Shown here piece by piece: positions 48,401 to 59,545 of a DNA stretch of 64,000 bases; position 1 is the stretch's first letter, and each line of letters opens with the position of its first letter. This DNA comes from Chrysemys picta bellii (Eukaryota), in NCBI RefSeq assembly GCF_011386835.1, contig NC_088806.1, positions 31,496,001 through 31,560,000 on the forward strand, given 5' to 3'. Made by a program: the position numbers and the translations under genes. The notes under the pieces were generated by a model. The model ran no database searches. It worked only from the letters and a program-made list of their open reading frames with translations, and was not told the DNA's origin.

Positions 48401-51400
48401 CTCTCCTGACACCAGTGCTGAAGCTGTGTTACATGCATCGAACCATGGCCCTTGCTGACGTACTTCCCCTCCCACTGTGGCCAGGCAAAGTCACAAGCCA
48501 GACCTGTGGCTTCAGCAGGGACACAGGACCAAATCAAGCTGCGATGTAAGCAGGTGCAGCTGCACTTGGCCCCCAGCATTTAACCCTACACCTAAACCCT
48601 ACACCAAAACTACCTAAAAATGGTTCCTCTAGCCAGGTTCGATGGCCAGCAAAGATAGGACCTGAAACCAAAACTCACTGCAGAGGGGAATTAGTCAAAA
48701 GAATCTTTTAATCAGTTAAAGTCAGAGTCACCTACCCCACATGCCTCTGCTAATCTGTATTCCCTACCCACACCCTCTATTGTAAGTTACACTCCCATTG
48801 CAGCAAGTTCTATGCAGCGGGAGAGGCTTGTATGAGCAATACCTTATCGCTCAACTGGAGCATACTGGTCCCACTTACAGACTCATGAGAGTTCATTCCC
48901 TGGGGCTGGAAGTTCCAGGTCACCGTCACACGCTGGCTAACTGGGTTGGAGCTGGAAAAGGTGCATTTTAAGCGTACATTGGTCCCATTCAGAGCTTCTA
49001 CTTCCCTGGAAGTGTGAACTTCCACAGCTGCCACAGGCCAGAGTGCTGCAGGAAAAACAGGATGGAAATTAAAAAAAAAAACGCTACAGTCTAAAAGAAA
49101 GCACCTCACCCTTTCTTGTCCACATTTAGGGTTTCTGTTTGGGGGTTTATTAATTTAATTGGGCGGGGGGTATTTTTAGCAATTGGAGTTTTAGGTAGAT
49201 GTCCAAAAATTGCAGGGGAGGAGTTTCAGGGCTCTCTATATATAGTGTGTGTAATGAGCAATCTTGGTAATGTTCCCTAGTGCACTTTAATTTAATACAG
49301 TTACAAACAGCACTAGATTAAAGCACACTAGGAAATCTTTCATGTTCCCTGGCAGGGTCTACACAGACCAACTGATGTGCAACACATTAATGTTCTTTAG
49401 AAAGCACACCTGTGTAGAATGCACTACCCTATTGTGTAGATGAGCCCTTAGATACAAGGAACCATTTCCAGTCTATTTCCATGTTTGTGAATAAACACCA
49501 ATTTCATTCTTTGTGTGTCAGGGGTCTTTTATCAATATGTATCAGTTAAAACCAAAAACCAGAAGCCCTATCCACTCAATCTGGGCTGGTGCCTGCCCTA
49601 TCAGCTCCTGTTAATAAATTACATTAAGAATCACAACAAATAGATTTAATTGATAATGATCTTGCATGTATAGAATCTGAAGGAGCCCAAAGTGCTTCAC
49701 AGACTTCATCAGCTGATACACAAACACAGCACAAGGATGACATCAGGGTGGAGTTGTTCCTTCTGTCCTTGGGTAGGGCTTGGCAGCACTTCTCTATGGG
49801 AATGGAGGAGAGCTTGATCCAAACATGGCTTTTGGTCCCCAGTGCTTTGTACTGGGGAGGCATGGGCTGCTGTAGTTCACGGCACTGGAAATGGTCCTTT
49901 TTTCCACATTTATAGACAACGATGCTTGCCCAGCAGTGCCTAAAGTCAGAGGGACTTCTGTGTGTGCACAGTTTCAGAGTAGCAGCCGTGTTAGTCTGTA
50001 TCCGCAAAAAGAAGAACAGGAGGACTTGTGGCACCTTAGAGACTAACAAATTTATTAGAGCATAAGCTTTCGTGGACTACAGCCCACTTCTTCGGATGCA
50101 TATAGAATGGAACATATATTGAGGAGATATATATACACACAGACAGAGAGCATAAACAGGTGGGAGTTGTCTTACCACCTCTGAGAGGCCAATTAATTAA
50201 GAGAAAACAAACTTTTGAAGTGATAATCAAGCTAGCTCAGTACAGACAGTTAGATAACAAGTGTGAGACTACTTACAAGGGGAGATAGATTCAATGTTTG
50301 TAATGGCTCAGCCATTCCCAGTCTTTATTCAAACCGGAGTTGATTGTGTCTAGTTTGCATATCAATTCTAGCTCAGCAGTTTCTCGTTGGAGTCTGTTTT
50401 TGAAGTTTTTCTGTTGTAATATAGCCACCCGCAGGTCTGTCACTGAATGACCAGACAGGTTAAAGTGTTCTCCCACTGGTTTTTGAGTATTTTGATTCCT
50501 GATGTCAGATTTGTGTCCATTAATTCTTTTGCGTAGAAACTGTCTGGTTTGGCCAATGTACATGGCAGAGGGGCATTGCTGGCACATGATGGCATATATC
50601 ACATTGGTAGATGTGCAGGTGAACGAGCCCCTGATGGTATGGCTGATGTGATTAGGTCCTATGATGATGTCACTGGAATAGATATGTGGACAGAGTTGGC
50701 ATCGGGGTTTGTTACAAGGATAGGTTCCTGGGTTAGTGGTTTTGTTCAGTGATGTGTGGTTGCTGGTGAGTGTTTGCTTTAGGTTCGGGGGTTGTCTGTA
50801 AGCGAGGACAGGTCTGTCTCCCAAGATCTGTGAGAGTAAAGGATCATCTTTCAGGATAGGTTGTAGATCTCTGATGATGCGCTGGAGAGGTTTTAGTTGG
50901 GGGCTGAAGGTGACAGCTAGTGGTGTTCTGTTATTTTCTTTGTTGGGCCTGTCTTGTAGGAGGTGACTTCTGGGTACTCGTCTGGCTCTGTCAATCTGTT
51001 TTTTCACTTCAGCAGGTGGGTATTGTAGTTTTAAGAATGCTTGATAGAGATCTTGTAGGTGCTTGTCTCTATCCGAGGGATTGGAGCAAATGCGGTTATA
51101 TCTTAGGGCTTGGCTGTAGACAATGGATCGTGTGGTGTGTCCTGGATGGAAGCTGGAGGCATGTAGGTAAGTGTAGCGGTCAGTAGGTTTCCGATATAGG
51201 GTGGTATTTATGTGACCATCGCTTATTAGCACAGTAGTGTCCAGGAAATGGACCGCTTGTGTGGATTGATCTAGGCTGAGGTTGATGGTGGGATGGAAAT
51301 TATTGAAATCATGGTGAAATTCCTCAAGGGCTTCTTTTCCATGGGTCCAGATGATGAAGATGTCATCAATGTAGCGCAAGTAGAGTAGGGGCGTTAGGGG

Positions 51401-54400
51401 ACGAGAGCTAAGGAAGCGTTGTTCTAAGTCAGCCATAAAAATGTTGGCATATTGTGGGGCCATGCGGGTACCCATAGCAGTGCCGCTGACTTGAAGGTAT
51501 ATATTGTCCCCAAATGTGAAATAGTTGTGGGTGAGGACAAAATCACAAAGTTCAGCCACCAGGTTAGCTATGTTACAACAGAAAAACTTCAAAAACAGAC
51601 TCCAACGAGAAACTGCTGAGCTAGAATTGATATGCAAACTAGACACAATCAACTCCGGTTTGAATAAAGACTGGGAATGGCTGAGCCATTACAAACATTG
51701 AATCTATCTCCCCTTGTAAGTAGTCTCACACTTGTTATCTAACTGTCTGTACTGAGCTAGCTTGATTATCACTTCAAAAGTTTGTTTTCTCTTAATTAAT
51801 TGGCCTCTCAGAGGTGGTAAGACAACTCCCACCTGTTTATGCTCTCTGTCTGTGTGTATATATATCTCCTCAATATATGTTCCATTCTATATGCATCCGA
51901 AGAAGTGGGCTGTAGTCCACGAAAGCTTATGCTCTAATAAATTTGTTAGTCTCTAAGGTGCCACAAGTCCTCCTGTTCTTCTTTTTGTGTGTGCACAGCA
52001 TCTGTTTGCAGAGCAGCAATATACAGCCCTGTAATTCCATGACAGACATTTTAGAAGATCTACAGAAGAATTCTTCCATTGACCTAGCTACTGCATCTCA
52101 AAGTAATTTTCCCTATGTTGATACTCACCCCTTCTTGTCAGCTGTTGGGAATAGCCCACTTCCACCTTGATTGAATTGGCCTTGTTAGCACTGACCCCCC
52201 CACTTAGTAAGGCAATTCCCATCTTTTCATGTGCTGTAATATATATACCTGCCTACCATGCATCTGATGAAGTGGGTTTCAGCCCATGAAAGCTTGTACA
52301 TAAATAAATAAATTTGTTAGTCTCTAAGATGCCACAAGGATTCCTCGTTGTTTTAGTACCGTGACAGAATACCACTTCTGTTGCTGTAGCAAGTGTCTAC
52401 ACTACAGCAGCTGTGCCACTGTAATGTTTGTGGGGTAGACACAGCCTCAGTATCTGGGACACATTCCAGCTGGGGTGATCACATTCTGCTTCTCTCAGTT
52501 CCCCATGCAGTCCCAATTGGAAAGAATATTCCTTATCGCCTCTTGTGTAGCACTGCTAAGTGCTGTTAAGCAGCTACTACGTCCTACTCCAGACAGGGTG
52601 GGTGACGTCACTTCTTTACACAGTTTGTATTTATTACATTAAGCATTTCATGCACCGCAGGATGAATGGTGCTCAATGAATGCAAGGTGTCCCTGCTTGG
52701 GAGCATGCACAGCCCCTGCTAATATTGTTCCACAGTTACTGCCACCACAGCTGCTTGGTGGTGGTTTGGGGGGTGGGTTTCTGTATCTCATTCAGGACGA
52801 AAGGTAACCTTTGTAAGGATATCTCAAAGAAACATCAGTAGTTAACCAAACCGCCCCAGCTGCAGTTTATGAAAACAGGTTAACTCTACTAGGGCTACTA
52901 GGAAAGAGAAAAGGGGACTGGAAAGAGAGCAGAGAGAGAAGATGAAAAGGCTAACTCCTAGGGAGGCCTTTCAGCTTTGGAGTCCTGATTCTGCTCTTGC
53001 TCACACCACCGTAACTGCAATGATAGAGGCCATGTCTACACTACATGAACTACAGCCCCACAGCTACAGCACTGCAGCGACGTTGTAGGAGGCACCTCCT
53101 ACAATGACAGGAGGGTTTTCCATCATCTAGGATATCCACCTCTCCAAGCAGCGGTAGCTAAGTCAACAGAAGAATTCTTCCGCTTACCTAAGAACATAAG
53201 AATGGCCATATTGGATCCGACCAATGGTCCATTTAACCTAATATCTGGTCTTATAACAGTGGCCAGTGTCAGATGCTTCAAAGGGAATGAACAGAACAGG
53301 GCAATTATTGAGTGATCCATCCCGTTGTCCAGACCCAGCATCTGGCAGTCAGAGGCTTAGGGACACCTGGAGTGTGGGGCTGTGACCCTGATCATCTTGG
53401 CTAACAGCCATCAATAAAACTATCCTCCATGATATTATCTAATTCTTTTTTGAACCCAGTTATATTTTTGGCCTTCATAACATCCCACAGCAAGGAGTTC
53501 CACAGGTTGACTATGCATTGTTTGAAGTAGCACTTCCTTATGTTTGTTTTCAGCCTGCTGCCTATTAATTTCATAGCATGACTGCTGGTTCTTGTGTTAT
53601 GTGAAGGGGTAAAGAACACTTTCCTATTCACTTTCTCCACCCAATTCATGACCGAGCCACATCTACACCGGTGTTAGATGTAGCACAGTGCTCAGGTAGG
53701 TGACTTTTTCCCGTAGCCTGGAACACTGGAGCTATGCTGACCTAACCTTTAAGCGTAGAGGAGGCCTAAGTGACATTACTTCTAATTTATACCAGTGTGA
53801 GATCAGAATCTAATCAAGTTAGTTGCTAGAATCAAGCTAAAAGGGTTAAGCTATGTCAATAGAGGTGTTAAGGGAGATTTCACTTGAGTTAAGCTAAACC
53901 AATTGAGCTAACAATTGAAAAAGCAAAAAAACACCTTTTTTGGCATGGAGAGAGGGCTTAAGTGACTGGTCACTCCGACACCACCTGCATATTGCAGGCT
54001 GTGAACCTCGCCCACACTCCTGTAATAGACCCCTTCCCTAAATACACCTCCCTGACAGCAGGGTGACACCAATGAAACCAATCAGGAAACTCCGAGATAA
54101 GGCTGACATCAACCCTCGCCCCCCCAGCACATCGCTAGGGCACGCAGCACACACAGTGTTGGAGGAAATGTGAGAGAACTGTGGGGCCAATGTTACTTCC
54201 GTCTTAATTAATGTAGTGCCAACACTATACTCTGCCCTGCACAGGGCACAAAGAAAGCCAGTCCCTGCCCCAGAGAACACAAAGGACAGACCCTGAGCAG
54301 TCAAGACACAGTGCTGCCAACTCTTGAAATGTTATTTCAAGGCTCATTATAAGTGGTTTTTTTTTCTGGAAAAGGCCCAACTGCTGGAATCAGGTTATTA

Positions 54401-56081
54401 CCTGAAAATCTCGGCTTTCATTGACAAGAGAAAAGTTTCCAGCCCTTGCGGTTTCAGAGAGAAGCCTGACAAACATGATCCCTTCTGCCCCAGCACCAGA
54501 CGACAGGTAAAAGCACCCCAAACTTCTGATCTTTACATCTCACCGTTCTCCCTGAGGCCTGACATGCATGTGGTTGGCAATGCTGTGACATACTGGATAT
54601 CCAGAAGTCAGTGGGGGTGGGGAGGGGAGTTGATTTTACTTTTCATAACAATTATAAACTCTTGTTGTGGGCACCTTGGAAGAAGAGGGTTTGAGTGGGG
54701 GCAGACAGTGGCTTGTGAGGAGGGACAGAGAGACTCTTCCCCCCAAAGTGGGCAGCAGGGGAAAATGCCCAGAGATGGGAGATAACTCGAGGAGGGCTGT
54801 AGTCTCACCTGAGGGAAAGAGGTGTTACTCATCCCGAATGCCCACACAGTACAACACAGCGGCTTCACACAGCAACTGCCTTTGCCTTCGCTAGCTGCAA
54901 AACCCACGGAGCCTCCAGCTCACCAGCGAGGCTCACAACAGGGAGACCTCCCCCCCTTCTGACCTAAATTCACCTCTTCCCAGCCTATTGTCCAGGAAGC
55001 TTTTTCCTGCAGAAAAGCACAACATTCACCTGGGGTTGCAGAACATGGTTTTTACGCTAAGGAATGCAGCCCACCTTGCATTATGAGCTTTATTTCCCAT
55101 TGCCCTCTACGCTACTGTATTCGGCAGTATCTGGTGAGGCTCTGAAATATCCAGAATGTAATTCAAAACCCTGGAATCTGGGCTCTTGCCATCCTCCTCA
55201 CTCAATTTCCAAAAAAATAAAAATAAATTAAAACAAACAAACAAAAAAACACCACAACAAACCATGCCATTTCCCATCTATGTTCATCTTCTTGAAACCA
55301 GGACCTCATTCAAAAGAGGGAACACCTCAAATATTTTTTCAAAGTTTTGCATTTGAAAATCTCTTTTTGGCAAAGATCGGCTTTTGCAGCTAAGTGAAAA
55401 CCACCATTTTGAAAAAACACCTTAGTGCAAACTTGGGCTGTAGGTGTAAATGTTTTTCACAACCGATCACAGAAAAGCCTGTGTGCATGCACACGTGCTG
55501 GAAGTGAAGTGACAGAAGCAATGTAAAACCACACGGGGTCTATGGACCAAATTCTGGATCTCTTTGCGAATGTAAACCCTGTAAAATTCCACTGAAGTCG
55601 GGGGTATTTATTCCAGATTTACACAGCTGCAATGGATCTGAAACCTGACCGGTCTCTTTAATAATCTCTTTTTAACAAAAGTGGTGAAAGCAGGGCAGTT
55701 CAAAGAGTAAAGTCCTCCTGGCTGGAGCAGGGACTGAGAGGAAAGAGCGTGTAACCCGAGCTCAGAATGCTCAGGCCTCAGTCTCTAGCTGGAACACACC
55801 TGAACCTGTTTGTCCAGGACCTGAGTCCATACGCACAGTCACCCATGTAACTCTCAGCAAAATCAGCCCCCAAAGACACTCAGCCACGGAAAGAAATGCC
55901 AGAGTTCTCCAGGCCCTGACTTTAGGAGGGAGGGAACTGGAAGAATAGGAGGGTCAAGCAAAGGAGGCAGCTGAGGCCAAAGGGGAAAACGCCCGATTAA
56001 TTCCTTACCTAGGAGCTGTCCCCCAAGGAAGAGCACAGCCCCCATCCAGCTGGGGCCATGCACGGGGGGTGGCAGGTCCAT
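45367..56081 (-). CDS. MPZL2: Myelin protein zero-like 2 (EVA1), 5 coding exons, 218 aa
   Basis: [32 protein letters not shown]...[20 protein letters not shown]...[27 protein letters not shown]...[21 protein letters not shown]...KVAVPLED* matches human MPZL2. Exons of 73/167/211/145/61 bp. Confidence 0.96.
46493..46682. mobile_element. 190-bp mini Penelope-like insertion with an inverted 3' end, MPZL2 intron 4
   Basis: Perfect 14-bp TSD CCTTTAACTACAGA at 46479-46492 and 46683-46696; arms aacaacgaggaatcc / ggactcctcattgtt are inverted; ends in ...ctctgaaa like the 49972 element. Confidence 0.88.
46542..46581 (-). ncRNA. Minimal type-I hammerhead ribozyme motif, canonical core
   Basis: GCAU-CUGAAGA-A-GUGGG(UUUUAG)CCCAC-GAAA-GCUU-AUGC: stem I GCAU/AUGC, stem II of 5 bp, palindromic AAGCUU stem III. 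Confidence 0.8.
47254..47398 (-). CDS. MPZL2: MPZL2 exon 4, transmembrane (145 bp)
   Basis: Encodes (V)[47 protein letters not shown]; donor CT|GTAAGG. Confidence 0.95.
47658..47868 (-). CDS. MPZL2: MPZL2 exon 3 (211 bp)
   Basis: Encodes [24 protein letters not shown]...EIQLRVVQQ; donor G|GTACGT. Confidence 0.96.
48879..49045 (-). CDS. MPZL2: MPZL2 exon 2 (167 bp)
   Basis: Acceptor tttttcctgcAG, donor TCT|GTAAGT; encodes (A)[55 protein letters not shown]. Confidence 0.96.
49229..49447. mobile_element. PIF/Harbinger MITE, degenerate
   Basis: GGGCTCTCTATA...TGTAGATGAGCCC termini; TCA/TTA flanks. Confidence 0.6.
50060..50099 (-). ncRNA. Minimal hammerhead motif (CCGAAGA core variant) in the Penelope pseudo-LTR
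   Basis: GCAU-CCGAAGA-A-GUGGG(CUGUAG)UCCAC-GAAA-GCUU-AUGC. Confidence 0.7.
51893..51932 (+). ncRNA. Minimal hammerhead motif, inverted twin of 50060-50099
   Basis: Identical sequence on the plus strand. Confidence 0.7.
52131..52354 (+). mobile_element. Penelope-like 3' UTR fragment with a decayed hammerhead (52260-52299)
   Basis: GCAT-CTGATGA-A-GTGGG(TTTCAG)CCCAT-GAAA-GCTT-GTAC, then aatttgttagtctctaag...ccacaaggattcctcgttg; stem I is mismatched. Confidence 0.75.
53028..53766. mobile_element. PIF/Harbinger MITE interrupted by a CR1 fragment
   Basis: GGCCATGTCTACACT...AGCGTAGAGGAGGCC termini; the two halves rejoin across 53189-53651. Confidence 0.7.
53189..53651 (-). mobile_element. CR1 LINE 3' fragment (ORF2 C-terminus and 3' UTR)
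   Basis: [12 protein letters not shown]...[16 protein letters not shown]...GFKKELD is the CR1 ORF2 C-terminus; terminal taagaacataagaatggcc. Confidence 0.9.
56009..56081 (-). CDS. MPZL2: MPZL2 exon 1, signal peptide (73 bp)
   Basis: agtATGg (strong Kozak); encodes [24 protein letters not shown]; donor G|GTAAGG; aligns with human MYGKSSTRAVLLLLGIQLT. Confidence 0.85.
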
Positions 56082-56704
56082 ACTCCAGAGACTGAGCAGG
56101 GAGATAAGGGAATTTCTCCGAACTGGGGGAGAAGGGAGCTCCCAGGAGTCCTACTGCCAGACACGCCACTAGCGAGAACTCCTTGCCTTGCCCTTCCCTC
56201 CCTGCCAGGGCAGCTCTCAACAGGCGGTGCTGCTCCTGCCTGAGTCACTCCCAGAGCGGCCCCAGCCTGGGAACTAAAAGTGGATCCACCACAGCTCTGT
56301 GCACAAAGCAGGCGGATTTTCCTTTCCCCTCTGTGTAGCAATCATCACTCCGCCCAGCTTCCCTCCTCCTCCCACTGGGAACCAGCCCTCTGGTTTTGGG
56401 TTGTTTGTTTTGTTTTTTTAGGCAGATTTGCTCCTAGAAGAAAGTCAGCCCCAGGGTATTTACATACAGCAGAGAGCAGGATAGCGTGTCCCTGGCAAAG
56501 CAGAGTCAATATACAGGGTGCAGTCTCCATGGCAGCAATACAGAGCCCAGCAAGCCCTGCCACGGTTCCCTTTGCTCAGAGGGATCGTGTCCCTCTACGT
56601 GTACCCATCCCGCTAGGGCCGTGGTTCTCCAACTTTTGTACTAGGGGCTGTGAAGCTGAGTTCATTAATGTTTGTAAAGGGCTTTGAAATCCTTAGCCCA
56701 AAGT

Positions 56705-56798
56705 AAAAAAAACAGGAGTACTTGTGGCACCTTAGGGACTAACAAATTTATTAGAGCATAAGCTTTCGTGGACTACAGCCCACTTCTTCGGATGCATA
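56705..56798 (-). mobile_element. 94-bp Penelope-derived insertion, essentially a hammerhead (56756-56795) plus downstream sequence
   Basis: Near-identical to 50010-50100; perfect 8-bp TSD CCCAAAGT at 56697-56704 and 56799-56806. Confidence 0.85.
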
Positions 56799-58199
56799 CC
56801 CAAAGTGTTCTCGTTAAACCAGAGATTACACCATTTTCCAAACCACCCCAGCCCAGGGCTTGCATGGACAGGGCTCTGGCATCCTTCCCTGGCACTCAAA
56901 CACCACAAGGAAACAGGAAGAGATGTTTTTCCCAGCAACATCTCAATGAAGCGTGATAGACACAAACACTAATTCCCCCCTTGTCAGTATTAGAGGAATG
57001 TAAATCACTTTCCAACTCACGGTGGTTGGGACCAGAAGTAGTTACTGTCTGATGTTCTATGGCCTGTGTGAAGTCAATTGGATGTCTCAGTCCAGTTCCT
57101 AGTGCCCAATCCTCCACACGGCAGGTGGAAATCTGAGTCACGACTGGCACTGACTTGCTGACAGGCACAGGACTGAATGGACAGTGAGACCAAACTCCCC
57201 TCTCGCTCCAAGGGGGAGCCCCTGTAGCTCAGTGCTCAGGCACATTGCCAGAGGCAGCGTGAGGGAAACCTTGCCCGCCTGCCGCCTGTGCCATAACATA
57301 CTCATTCCCCGAAAGGGCAGAACTAGAGGCAAGAGCCAGGAGACTAGGCAGGCTGATAATGAGAGGACTGGAGCAGGGGCTCTCAGATTTTTCCATAGTA
57401 GGAACCACATCCTCATCAAGAGGTTCTCTTGGGGACACCTCCCCATCACCATCCCCGAGCATCCTTGCTGGAAATGACTGAACCTTTTATGCAACTGAAC
57501 ATCTGGAAACAAAGGGAGAATCCCAGCACCATGTGCCCAGCCCGCTCTCTGCAGACCAACAGCATAGCTGGTCTAGAGGGCCTCAGTCCTAAAGCACGGT
57601 ACATTTCTAGTTCAAAGAGTAACCGGTCCCTGTCCAGTCCACTCTGCACAGCATGTCACCAGACTTTCCCTCAGTTGCTATTCTGAGAACATTCTCTCCA
57701 TTTCTTTCACTTCTACAAACCACACTTATTGGTGGTTTTTTGTTTGTTTGCATGGTGGGACATTGGTTTCCTGCCACCATCTTTGCTGCAGTGCAAACAC
57801 TCAGTTTAGGTCACTGTCAGAAAATGTGCTGAAGGTGGTGTGTGTGTGTGTGTGATGCACCTATTCAGTCACACAACAGCTACGAGTTACGTCCTGGGAC
57901 AGAGCACACAGGAGTGTTTTGGACAGAAGCAAGCTGGAAGGCAAAGGGTACATGAAAACGGCTTGGCTCCTGTTTGCCATAGGAAGTGGAAAGGGAGTAC
58001 TTTTCAAGGGAGCTCAAGTCAAGTACACAGTAGTGATTTTATGATGAGCTGCAAAGCTTGGGGAAAGTTTCTGCAAGGCCTTGGAGGAGGTTAAATGAAA
58101 ATGAGCATGAGCGGAAACAGAGCAGGAAAGACGACAACCAGCAACGGGGAAACCCTTTCCCTAGCTCCAATGTACGATGGAGAGCACATCTACCTGTGA

Positions 58200-58410
58200 G
58201 AGCAAGGGACTGGGCACTAAAACTCCTGGTCCTATTCCCTGTACTGCAGCTGAGGGTATGACCTTGGGAAGTTACTCCCCTCCTCTGTGCCTCAATTTCC
58301 CCTCTAAAATGGGAGATCATGTTGACTTGCCTCTGGGGATTGTGGGAGTTGATTACTATTTGTGAAATGCTTGGAGATCCCTGAAGAAAAGATGCTATAT
58401 TAGTGCCAAG
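58200..58410 (+). mobile_element. MIR/CORE-SINE-like relic
   Basis: gaccttgggaagttactcccctcctctgtgcctcaatttcccctctaaaatgggag. Confidence 0.7.
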
Positions 58411-59339
58411 GGTTATTTCTGATCCTAAACATGCTCCGCTCACTACTGGGTCAGGGAGGGCAGGCTGTGCCCCCACCTGCTGTTTGAGGTGCAGTCCCAA
58501 GGAGCCCTTCCAGGCCTGTCTCTGTCTCAGGTACATATATGGCTCTCCTCAGCAGCACCCACGCAGGGCCTCACAGATGTGCCCAGGGTGTTGTGCCAAA
58601 GGAGGGAATTTGATAAGCGTTGCATAGCCCTCCCTGGTGTGAGGAAGTGTGTGCCAGGACATAGGAAGAGGCCCAGCTTTACCCATGTTCATGCAAGTTT
58701 GTTCTTGCAGACCCAAGTCATCAATTCACAGCTAAGCAGCAGCAGGGGAAACTGAACACAGCTGCTGCCCTGCCCCAACCTGGAGCCACCAGTCTAGTGG
58801 GTGAGCTGATTACTGCAGGGACACCTCATGGGATAGGACGTGCCAGAGGGGGCCAGTCGTTCTCATTTATGTTCGTTCTGCAGAACCCACAGCACCTAGG
58901 CTCCTGATACCACTGCAGGTTGGTCTAGAATTACTGTGCAGAGGAATGTGGCTTGAAGTCAGGCCTGAACTTGCAGCAGTTTGGCAACAGGCATCTGTTT
59001 TTAACCCTTCACTTTTGCCAGGCAGAGGCAGCTAGTCCACTCCCATTCCACAGACGCGCTGGCTTCCCGTTTTCAGGGGGTGCTGACCCATGGGGATCGC
59101 AGGGTAGTGGTTTCAGTGTAGATGTTTGGGCTCACGTAGGCAGGGAGAAGCACTGGGCAGGGCATGAACAGAACCACGGTGTGGACAGCATGAGATAATC
59201 TGTGACAACACCTCTTAGAGACCACACTCCCTGTGGGAATTGATGCTTTTGCACCATGTCCCTGGAAATGTAGCTTTTTCTAGTTGTTCCTAGAGAAAGA
59301 AAAACATACTAGTGCCTTGATTATCAGCGGGCGGGGTCA

Positions 59340-59545
59340 TATTTCTATAGCACCTTACATCCAAGCACTTTACAAACCCCAGAAAGACAGCACCAGAGAA
59401 ATGCAGCCACCTCTGGGGTGTAGCGTAGCAGCTAGGAACATAGCAGTGGGAAGGATGGGATGTTTGGACCTAGGATCCTGGAGCAAGGCCCTTTCTCTTC
59501 TTATGAAAACTGCCCAGGGGGATCTTTAATGTCCACGCAGACAAC
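59340..59545. mobile_element. Ancient SINE relic, AmnSINE1/Deu-like
   Basis: gaaatgcagccacctctggggtg...gggatctttaatgtccac; paralogous to 33490-33670. Confidence 0.45.

Larger units (their letters stand above)
49972..51985 (-). mobile_element. Young, 5'-truncated Penelope-like retroelement (RT plus GIY-YIG) with inverted pseudo-LTRs, MPZL2 intron 1
   Basis: About 425 uninterrupted codons (51566-50291): [35 protein letters not shown]...YIGQT. Inverted repeat 50005-50425 / 51567-51987. TSD TGTGTGTGCACAG at 49959-49971 and 51986-51998. Confidence 0.95.

Noticed and set aside
50291-51652. 453-aa ORF as a cellular gene
   Set aside because: It is a truncated Penelope-like RT/GIY-YIG with an artefactual N-terminus from the inverted arm, bounded by a TSD.
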